NCBI GenBank assembly: GCA_030390025.1
Contig: JASTWF010000123.1
Span: forward strand, 558,001-622,000
Direction: 5' to 3'
Source: Squalus acanthias
Lineage: Eukaryota
DNA: 64,000 bases
Made by a program: the position numbers and the translations under genes. The notes under the pieces were generated by a model, which saw only the letters and a program-made list of their open reading frames with translations, was not told the origin of the DNA and did no database searches. Shown here piece by piece: positions 37,031 through 47,335 of this stretch (its first letter is position 1; each line of letters begins with the position of its first letter).

Positions 37031-40000
37031 CTAACAAATAGGGTCCGGGTAAGAAAAAATGGTAATAAGACAAATAGGGCCATAGTACAAAAAAATGTTA
37101 AGATGTCTAAAAATGTTAAAAAGACAAATCTATAGGCATTGGGGAAAATATTGGGTCGCGCCCCCTGCTAACTTCTACTTTTAGCGGCCCGAATAAGTTA
37201 GCACACCCGCACCCAAAATTCACTGGTAGCGTCCCAAGAGGGGCGCTGTGAGTGAACATCACGGCCCTACGTGCCGCAGCTCCACTCACTGTGGCACGTG
37301 GTGCCGCGGTACTGCAGGCATTCCTCCCCTTAGTAAAGGGGAGGGGCCTAGCGCAGCGCAACCCAGGGCCCAGCTGGACCACCAGGGATTGGAGTGCCGG
37401 CAAAAGAGCCCAGCACTCAAGAGAAGGCCGGGGACGGCAAAGTGGGCAGGTGCTGGCTGGCGGCCAGCAACAAAAATGGCCACCTGGCACCTTCCCTTTA
37501 ATTTGTGCCGCCCCGGCCGCAGGTGGGCCCCCCTGACCCTGTCGGACATAGCGTCCGGCGGTAAGTCAGGGGGCGCTACCGAAGATCGCAGCCGGGGCGC
37601 GAGTGGGGCTCTGCGCACGGCGATGATGTCATTGCCGGCGGCGCAGCACCGCGGGGCGCTAACGGTTACCGCCGCCGCTAATCTCCCACTGAATTTCGTG
37701 GGAGGCGTTAGCGGCGCCGCACCCAGGCGCTAGTTGCTTTGCGCCCCGTTAACGCCCTCTTAGGGCACTAACGGGAGGCGCAAATCAACCGAATTTTTCC
37801 CCCATTGTATCTGAATGCACAAAGCATTCGTAATAAGGTAGACGAATTAACAGCGCAAATAGATGTAAACGGATACGATATAATTGCGATTACGGAGACA
37901 TGGCTGCAGGGTGACCAAGGCTGGGAGCTGAATATCCAAGGATATTCGATATTTAGGAAGGACAGGCAAAAAGGAAAAGGAGGTGGGGTGGCGTTGTTAG
38001 TAAAGGATGACATCAGAGCAATAGTGAGAAAGGATATTGGCTTAGAAAATCAAGATGTAGAATCAGTCTGGGTGGAGCTAAGAAGCACCAAGGGGCAGAA
38101 AACATTGGTGGGAGTTGTCTATAGGCCTCCAAACAGTAGTGGTAATGTAGGGGATGGCATCAAACAGGAAATTAGAGATGCATGTAACAAGGGTACTACA
38201 GTAATCATGGGTGACTTTAATCTACATATAGACTGGCCAAACCAAATTAGCAATAATACTGTGGAGGATGAATTCCTAGAGTGTGTACGAGATGGTTTTT
38301 TAGACCAGTACGTTGAGGAGCCAACTAGGGAACAGGCTATCCTAGATTGAGTATTGTGTAATGAGAAGGGGTTAATTAATCATCTTGTTGTGCGGGGTCC
38401 TTTCGGGAAGAGTGACCATAACATGATAGAATTCTTCATTAAGTTGGAAAGTGAAGAAGTCCAATCCGAAACTGGGGTCCGAAATCTAAACAAAGGAAAC
38501 TACGAAGGTATGAGAAGTGAGTTGGCTATGATAGATTGGGGAGCTTCATTAAAAGGCATGACGATGGATAGGCAATGGCTAACATTTAAGGAACGAATGC
38601 ATGAATTGCAACAGTTACACATTCCTTTCTGGTGCAAAAACACAAAAGGAAAAGCGGCCCAACCATGGCTAACAAAATAAATTAAGATTAGTATTAGATC
38701 CAAAGAGGAGTCATATAAAGTTGCCAGAAAAAGTAGCAAGCCTGAGGATTGAGAGCAGTTTAGAGTTCAGCAAAAAAGGACCAAGAGATTGATTAAGAGG
38801 GGAAAAATAGAGTATGAGAGTAAACTTGCAAGGAACATAAAAGCGGACTGTAACAGTTTCTACAAGTATGTAAAAAGAAAAAAATTAGTGAAGACAAATG
38901 TAGGTCCCTTACAGTCAGAAACAGGAGAATTTATAATGGGGAACAAGGAAATGGCTGAGCAATTAAACAAATACTTTGGTTCTGTCTTCACAGAAGAGGA
39001 CACAAATAACTTCCCAGAAATGTTAGGGAACCAAGGGTCTAGTGAGAAGGAGGAATTAAAGGAAATTAGTATTAGTAAAAAAATAGTGTTGGAGAAATTA
39101 ATGGGACTGAAAGCTGATAAATCCCCAGGGCCTGATAATCTGCATCCCAGAGTACTAAAAGAGGTAGCCATGGAAATAGTGGATGCATTGGTTGTCATCT
39201 TCCTAAATTCTATAGATTATGGAACAGTTCCTGCAGATTGGAGGGTGGCAAATGCAACCCCACTATTTAAAAAAGGAGGGAGAGAGAAAACAGGGAACTA
39301 CAGACCGGTTAGCCTAACATCAGTAGTAGGGAAAATGCTAGAGTCTATTATAAAGGATGTGATAACAGGACACTTAGAAAATATCAACGGGATTAGACAA
39401 AGTCAACATAGATTTATGAAAGGGAACTCGTGTTTGACAAACCTACTGGAGTTTTTTGAGGATGTAACTGGTAGAATAGATAAGGGAGAACCAGTGGATG
39501 TGGTGTATTTGGATTTTCAGAAGGCCTTTGATAAAGTCCCACATAAGAGGTTAGTGTGCAAAATTAAAGCACATGGGATTGGGGGTAATGTACTGGCATG
39601 GATTGAAAATTGGTTAACAGACAGGAAACAGAGAGTAGGAATAAATGGGTCTTTTTCGGGGTGACAGGCAGTGACTAGTGGGGTACCCCAGGGATCAGTG
39701 CTTGGGCCCCAGCTATTCACAATATATATCAATGATTTGGATGAGGGAACCAAATGTAATATTTCCAAGTTTGCTGACGACACGAAACTAGGTGGGATTG
39801 TGAGTTGTGAGGAGGATGCAAAGAGGCTTCAAGGCGATTTAGACAAGTTGAGTCAGTGGGCAAATACATGGCAGATGCAGTATAACGTGGATAAATGTGA
39901 AGTTATCCACTTCGGTAGGAAAAACAGAAAGGCAGAGTATTATTTAAATGGTGATAGATTGGGAAATGTTGATGTACAGAGGGACCTGGGTGTCCTTGTA

Positions 40001-40670
40001 CACCAGTCACTGAAAGCAAACATGCAGGTGCAGCAAGCAGTTAGGAAGGCAAATGGTATGTTGGCCTTCATTGCGAGAGGATTTGAGTGCAGGAGCAAGG
40101 ATGTCTTACTACAGTTATACAGGGCATTGGTGAGACCACACCTGGAGTACTGTGTGCAGTTTTGGTCTCCTTACCTAAGAAAGGATATACTTGCCATAGA
40201 GGGAGTGCAGCGAAGGTTCACCAGACTGATTCCTGGGATGGCAGGACTGTCGTATGAGGAGAGATTGGGTCGACTAGGCCTGTATTCACTAGAGTTTAGA
40301 AGAATGAGAGGGGATCTCATTGAAATGTATAAAATTCTGACATGACTAGACAGACTGGATGCGGGGAAGATGTTTCCCCTGGCTGAGGGGTCTAGAACGA
40401 GGGGTCACAGTCTCAGGATACAGGGTAGGACATTTTGGACTGAGATGAGGAGAAATTTCTTCACTCAGAGGGTGGTGAACCTGTGGAATTCTCTACCACA
40501 GAAGGCTGTGGAGGCCAAGTCACTGAATATATTTCAGAATTTGATAGATAGATTTCTAAACACAAAAGGCATCAAGAGGTATGGCGAGAGAGCGGGAATA
40601 TGGTATTGAGATAGAGGATCAGCCATGATCATATTGAATGGTGGAGCAGGCTCCTATTTGTTTATGTTTC
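37030..40670 (+). mobile_element. CR1 LINE with near-complete ORF2 (APE endonuclease + RT), several stops
   Basis: LYLNAQSIRNK, ITETWL, GDFN, SDHN and FADD motifs across ORFs 37805-40609. Confidence 0.95.
37141..37803. mobile_element. Non-autonomous Harbinger-type element (663 bp, GC-rich) with 3-bp TSD ATT
   Basis: att|ggggaaaatattggg ... ccgaatttttccccc|att. The TIR matches the Harbinger end at 58466-58478. Confidence 0.85.
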
Positions 40671-40709
40671 TAAGACCAATACAAAATATTTGTTGAAAGT
40701 CTCTGCCAT

Positions 40710-41170
40710 TTGTTCAAAGTCTCCGCCTACTTCCACCTCCTTAACATTGCCCTTCTCCACCCCTTCCTCAACTTATCTGCTGCTGAAATCTTCCTCCATA
40801 CTTTTGTTACCTTCAGACTCGACTATTCCAATGGTCTCCTGGTCAGCCTCTCATCTTCCACCCTGCATAAACTTTACATTGGCTCCTGGTCCACCAACGC
40901 CTCCATTCTAAAATTCTCATCCTCGTGTTCAAATCCCTCCATGGCCTCTCCCCTCCCTATCTCTGTAACCTCAGGCAACTCTACAACCCTCCGAGATCTC
41001 TGCATTCCTCAAATTCTGGCCTCTTGTTCATCCCCCACTTCCTTCGCCCCAACATTGGCAGCCGTGCTTCAGTCGTCCAGTCCCTCAGCACTGGAATTCC
41101 CTCCCTATACCTCTCCGCCTCTCTACCTCTCTCTCCTCCTTTAAGATTGTCCTTAAAAACTACCACTTTG
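40710..41170 (+). mobile_element. L2-clade LINE 3' fragment
   Basis: HTFVTFRLDYSNGLL...FKSLHGLSPPYL. Confidence 0.75.
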
Positions 41171-41171
41171 A

Positions 41172-41895
41172 GCAACACAGAAGTACCAGGCAATGACTAT
41201 CTCCAACAAGCGAGAGTCTTACCACCGCCCCTTGACATTCAACGGCATTCCCATCGCCGAATCCCCCGCCATCAACATCCTGGGGGTCACCATTGACCAG
41301 AAACTTAACTGGACCAGCCACATAAATACTGTGGTAACAAGAGCAGATCAGAGGCTAGGTATTCTGCGGCGAGTGTCTCACCTCCTGACTCCCCAAAGCC
41401 TTTCCACCATCTACAAGGCACAAGTAAGGAGTGTGATGGAATACTCTCCACTTGCCTGGATGAGTGCTACAACACTCAAGAAGTTCGAAACCATCCAGGA
41501 CAAAGCAGCCCGCTTGATTGGCACCCCATCTGCCACCTAAAACATTCACTCGCTCCACCACCGGAGTACCGTGGCTGCAGTGTGTACCATCGACAAGATG
41601 CACTGCAGCAACTCGCCAAGGCTTCTTCGGCAGCACCTCCCAAACCCACGACCTCTTCTACCTAGAAGGACAAGGGCAGCAGGCGCATGGGAACACCACC
41701 ACCTCCAAGTTCCCCTCCAAGTCACACAACATCCTGATTTAGAAGTATATCGCCGATCCTTCATCGTCACTGGGTCAAAATTCTGGAACTCCCGATCTAA
41801 CAGCACTGTGGGAGTACCATCACCACACGGACTGCAGCAGTTCAAGAAGGCGGCTCACCACCACCTTCTCAAGAGCAATTAGGGATGGGCACTAA
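41172..41895 (+). mobile_element. LINE 3' fragment (second CR1-group lineage)
   Basis: INILGVTIDQKLNWTSHI...YKAQVRSVMEYSPLAW. Confidence 0.8.
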
Positions 41896-41896
41896 A

Positions 41897-42533
41897 CTGC
41901 CCTGGGAGTGTTTGATGGGGAAGTGCAGAGTGAGCTTTACGTTGTATCTAACCCGTGTTGTACCTGCCCTGGGAGTGTTTGATGGGACAGTGTAGAGGGA
42001 GCTTTACTCTGTATCTAACCCGTGCTGTACCTGCCCTGGGAGTGTTTGATGGGACAGTGTAGAGGGAGCTTTACTCTGTATCTAACCCGTGCTGTACCTG
42101 CCCTGGGAGTGTTTGATGGGACAGTGTAGAGGGAGCTTTACTCTGTATCTAACCCGTGCTGTACCTGCCCTGGGAGTGTTTGATGGGACGGTGTAGAGGG
42201 AGCTTTACTCTGTATCTAACTCGTGCTGTACCTGCCCTGGGAGTGTTTGACGGGACAGTGTAGAGGGAGCTTTACTCTGTATCTAACCCGTGCTGTACCT
42301 GCCCTGGGAGTGTTTGATGGGACAGTGTAGAGGGAGCTTTACTCTGTATCTAACCCGTGCTGTACCTGCCCTGGGAGTGTTTGATGGGACAGTGTAGAGG
42401 GAGCTTTACTCTGTATCTAACCCGTGCTGTACCTGCCCTGGGAGTGTTTGATGGGACAGTGTAGAGGGAGCTTTACTCTGTATCTAACCCGTGCTGTACC
42501 TGCCCTGGGAGTGTTTGATGGGACAGTGTAGGG
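41897..42533. repeat. 67-bp minisatellite, second array (~9.5 copies), same orientation as 10398-11178
   Basis: Identical unit. Confidence 0.97.
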
Positions 42534-43111
42534 GGTGTGGAGGGAATGTGGAGTGTTTGCTTTATGTGTAACAGAAAACTGGCAGGTTTAGGTGTTCGAA
42601 TTAACCCTGAATGAAAGCTTCATAAACCCCTCAATGAGCAGCCCTCGGTTTACTAGAAGCACAGTGACTATTTGTTATTAATACTTGACAGATGTCCGAA
42701 ACTCAGCGATAACATCAAGACTAGTTCCTTCTCCTTACACTTCCTCTCAGATTTCACAAGCAGGCTTAATCTGAGCAGGGGGACCTCCCAGAGGGACCTT
42801 GTTACTAAAAAGAATAAGCACGATGCTTTAGATATGGAAATACAGTTCTGATTTTGTCCTTTGCACCAACAAACAGGTTTATATTTACCAAAAGGGGCCA
42901 GATTGGCAGAACCGAAACTAATGGGCAAAAGGTCTCCAACATCGAGACTTGGTCCTCATCTCAGTACAGACTCCAACCTGCAACTAACGTTCAAAACTCT
43001 CACGTGAAACATGTCCTGAGGAAGGTGTGTATAAGAAATTGCGTTATTGTACAGAGAATTTTATCTTCTCAGGCAGAAGGTGTTGGTCGCTTTACCAAAA
43101 GGATGGACTGG

Positions 43112-46100
43112 GGGAACTCTACGTAAACACAGTTACAGTGTGGGACTGTACACAGAGAGAGGGAACTCTACATAAACACAGTTACAGTGTGGGACTGTAC
43201 ACAGAGTGAGGGAACTCTACACCAAAAATGTGCGGGTTAGGTTGATTTGGCTATGATAAATTGACCCTTAGTGTTAGGGGGGATTAAATATGTGGGGTTA
43301 TGAGGATAGGATGGGATATGTTAGGGGGAATTAAATACGTAGGGTTACGGGGCTCGGGTGGGATATGTGTACTGTGGGGATTAAAGCAGGGACAGGGTAC
43401 TGGATTTTGAATGATCAGCCATGATCATATTGAATGGTGGTGCAGGCTCGACGGGCCGAATGGCCTACTCCTGCTCCTAGATTCTATGTTTCTATGTTTC
43501 TATAAACACAGTTACAGTGTGGGACTGTACACAGAGTGAGGGAACTCTACATAAACACAGTTACAGTGTGGGACTGTACACAGAGTGAGGGAACTCTACA
43601 TAAACACAGTTACAGTGTGGGACTGTACACAGAGTGAGGGAACTCTACATAAACACAGTTACAGTGTGGGACTGTACACAGAGTGAGGGAACTCTACACC
43701 AAAAATGTGCGGGTTAGGTTGATTTGGCTATGATAAATTGACCCTTAGTGTTAGGGGGGATTAAATATGTGGGGTTATGAGGATAGGATGGGATATGTTA
43801 GGGGGAATTAAATACGTAGGGTTACGGGGCTCGGGTGGGATATGTGTACTGTGGGGATTAAAGCAGGGACAGGGTACTGGATTTTGAATGATCAGCCATG
43901 ATCATATTGAATGGTGGTGCAGGCTCGACGGGCCGAATGGCCTACTCCTGCTCCTAGATTCTATGTTTCTATGTTTCTATAAACACAGTTACAGTGTGGG
44001 ACTGTACACAGAGTGAGGGAACTCTACATAAACACAGTTACAGTGTGGGACTGTACGCAGAGTGAGGGAACTCTACATAAACACAGTTACAGTGTGGGAC
44101 TGTACACAGAGTGAGGGAACTCTACATAAACACAGTTACAGTGTGGGACTGTACACAGAGTGAGGGAACTCTACATAAACACAGTTACAGTGTGGGACTG
44201 TACACAGAGTGAGGGAACTCTACATAAACACAGTTACAGTGTGGGACTGTACACAGAGTGAGGCAACTCTACATAAGCACAGTTACAGTGTGGGACTGTA
44301 CACAGAGTGAGGGAACTCTACATATCCCAACACTGGACAAACAGGGGGCTCTATTGGGAGAGGAGCTAAATACGATTAAAATCACTGAGGAATTGGTACT
44401 CAGTAAAATAATGGGACTCAAGGCGGATAAATCCCCTGGACCTGATGGCTTACATCCTAGGGTCTTGAGGGAAGTGGTAGTAGGAATTGTGGATGCTTTG
44501 GTAATAATTTTCCAAAACTCCCTGGACTCAGCAAAGGTCCCGGCAGATTGGAAAACTGCTAATGTAACACCCTTATTTAAAAAGGGTTGTAGGCAGAAGG
44601 CTGGAAATTATAGACCAGTTGGCCTAACATCTGTGGTGGGTAAAATTTTGGAGTCTATTATTAAGGAGACAGTAACGGAACATTTAGATAAACATAATTT
44701 AATGGGACAAAGTCAGCATGGCTTTATGAAGGGGAAGTCATGTCTGACAAATTTGCTCGAGTTCTTTGAGGACATAACGTACAGGGTGGATAAAGGGGAA
44801 CCAGTGGATGTAGTGTATTTAGACTTCCAGAAGGCATTCGACAAGGTGCCACATAAAAGATTATTACTCAAGATAAAAAATCACTGAATTGGGGGTAATA
44901 TTCTGGCATGGGTGGAGGATTGGTTATCTAACAGGAAGCAGAGAGTTGGGATAAATGGTTCATTCTCGGACTGGCAACCAGTAGCCAGTGGTGTTCCGCA
45001 GGGGTCGGTGCTGGGTCCCCAACTCTTTACAATCTATATTAACGATTTGGAGCAGGGGACCGAGTGTAACATAACAAAGTTTGCAGATGATACAAAGATG
45101 GGAGGGAAAGTAGAGAGTGAGGAGGACATAAAAAACCTACAAGGGGATATAGACAGGCTGGGTGAATGGGCAGAGATTTGGCAGATGCAATACAATATTG
45201 GAAAATGTGAGGTTATGCACTTTGGCAGGAAAAATCAGAGAGCAAGTTATTATCTTAATGGCGAGAAACTGGAAAGTACTGCAGTACAAAGGGATCTGGG
45301 GGTCTTGGTACAAGAAAATCAAAAAGTTAGTATGCAGGTGCAGCAGGTGATCAAGAAAGCCAATGGAATGTTGGCTTTTATTGCTAGGGGGATAGAATAT
45401 AAAAACAGGGAGGTATTGCTGCAGTTGTATAGGGTATTGGTGAGACCGCACCTGGAGTACTGCATACAGTTTTGGTGTCCATAATTAAGAAAAGACATAC
45501 TTGCTCTCGAGGCAGTACAAAGAAGGTTCACTCGGTTAATTCCGGGGATGAGGGGGTGGACATACGAGGAGAGGTTGAGTAGATTGGGACTCTACTCATT
45601 GGAGTTCAGAAGAATGAGAGGCGATCTTATTGAAACATATAAGATTGTGAAGGGGCTTGATCGGGTGGACGCGGTGAGGATGTTCCCAATGATGGGTGAA
45701 ACTAGAACTAGGGGACATAATCTTAGAATAAGGGGCTCCTCTTTCAAAACTGAGATGAGGAGAAACTTTTTCACTCAGAGGATAGTGGGTCTGTGGAATT
45801 TGCTGCCCCAGGAAGCTGTGGAAGCTACTTCATTGAATAAATTTCAAACAGAAATAGACCGTTTCCTCGAAGTAAAGGGAATCAGGGGTTACGGGGAGCG
45901 GGCTGGAAATTGGACATGAGTTTGAGTTCGGATCGGTCAAGGCCCTGTGGGTGGCGGAGCGGGCCCAGGGGCCGAGTGGCCTGGTCCTGCTCCTACTTCT
46001 TGTGTTCTTTAGAGTTGAGGTTGGATCAGATCAGCCATGATCTCATTGAATGGCAGAGCAGGCTCGAGGGGCCGATTGGTCTACTCCTGCTCCTATTTCT

Positions 46101-46304
46101 TATGTTCTTACAGTGTGGGACTGTACACAGAGTGAGGGAACTCTACATAAACACAGTTACAGTGTGGGACTGAACACAGAGTGAGGGAACTCTGCATAAA
46201 CACAGTTACAGTGTGGGACTGTACACAGAGTGAGGGAACTTTACATAAACACAGTTACAGTGTGGGACTGTACACAGAGTGAGGGAACTCTACATAAACA
46301 CAGT
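43112..46304. repeat. 49-bp minisatellite (~17 units) interrupted by two SINE fragments and a CR1
   Basis: Unit gggaactctacataaacacagttacagtgtgggactgtacacagagtga at 43112, 43161, 43210 ... 44322, resuming at 46109-46304. Confidence 0.95.
44322..46108 (+). mobile_element. Young CR1 LINE, 5' truncated, inserted in the 49-bp array
   Basis: ORFs 44258-45919; nearly identical to the 3' half of 47336-51176. Confidence 0.95.
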
Positions 46305-46314
46305 CTTCGATGTG

Positions 46315-46720
46315 CAGTCTGACCAGAAGTGGACCCACTGCTCAAGGTACAGTCTGACCAGAACTGGACCCAGTCCTCAAGGTACAGTCTGACCAGAACT
46401 GGACCCAGTCCTCAAGGCACGGTCTGACCAGAACTGGACCAAGTCCTCGAGGTACAGTCTGACCAGAACTGGACCCAGTCCTCGAGGTACAGTCTGACCA
46501 GAACTGGACCCAGTCCTCAAGGCACGGTCTGACCAGAACTGGACCCAGTCCTCGAGGTACAGTCTGACCAGAACTGGACCCAGTCCTCAAGGTATAGTCT
46601 GACCAGAACTGGACCCAGTCCTCAAGGTACAGTCTGACCAGAACTGGACCCAGTCCTCAAGGTATAGTCTGACCAGAACTGGACCCAGTCCTCCAGGTAT
46701 AGTCTGACCAGAACTGGTCC
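46315..46720. repeat. 35-bp minisatellite, ~11.5 copies
   Basis: Unit cagtctgaccagaactggacccagtcctcaaggta; gaccagaa recurs at 46321, 46356 and 46391. Confidence 0.95.
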
Positions 46721-46879
46721 TCCTCCTCAATATGCAGAATAAATTAGATTTTTTTTGCTGCCCTGCTGTTGTGTTGCGAATGCTTTATTTTGTTGAATTT
46801 GGCAACAGTTTAAACCTTAAGTAAGATTAAAAATAATATGTAATGTAGGATGGATTTTCACTTAATCTTCTGCTTGTAC

Positions 46880-47075
46880 AAGTTGTACAATCTCTCGCAG
46901 TATCTGTCCTTCTCTCTCCATTCTCTCTCTGCCTCTCTCGGTTTCTCTCTCTATATCTGTAAATATCTATTTATATCTCTTTCAATCTCTCTCTATATTC
47001 TGTGTCTGTCTGTCTCTCTCTGTGCTCTCTCTATGTGGCTCTCTGTGTGTCCTTGTCTCTATATCTCTCTGTTCT
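46880..47075. repeat. CT/GT-rich low-complexity tract
   Basis: Degenerate (CT)n. Confidence 0.7.
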
Positions 47076-47335
47076 CGCTCGAAGCTCCATAACATCGTCT
47101 GACTCCGCCTCTGCCGCAGCTCATCTGCTGCTGAAACCCTCATCCCTGCCTTTGTTACCTCTAGACTTGTCTATCCCACGCTCTGCTGGCCAGCCTCCTG
47201 TTATTTTAAACAATCTACCATTGTTCACTTGAGTAGTAATGAATTCAGTCTTATGGTTAGAACCACTTTATTTTTTCCACTTTAACATAAAAAATAATCT
47301 AAAAACAGAATATAATCTCTTCAGAGTATAACATT

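Noticed and set aside
37116-37733. GC-rich overlapping ORFs or CpG-island gene
   Set aside because: Internal sequence of a non-autonomous Harbinger element.
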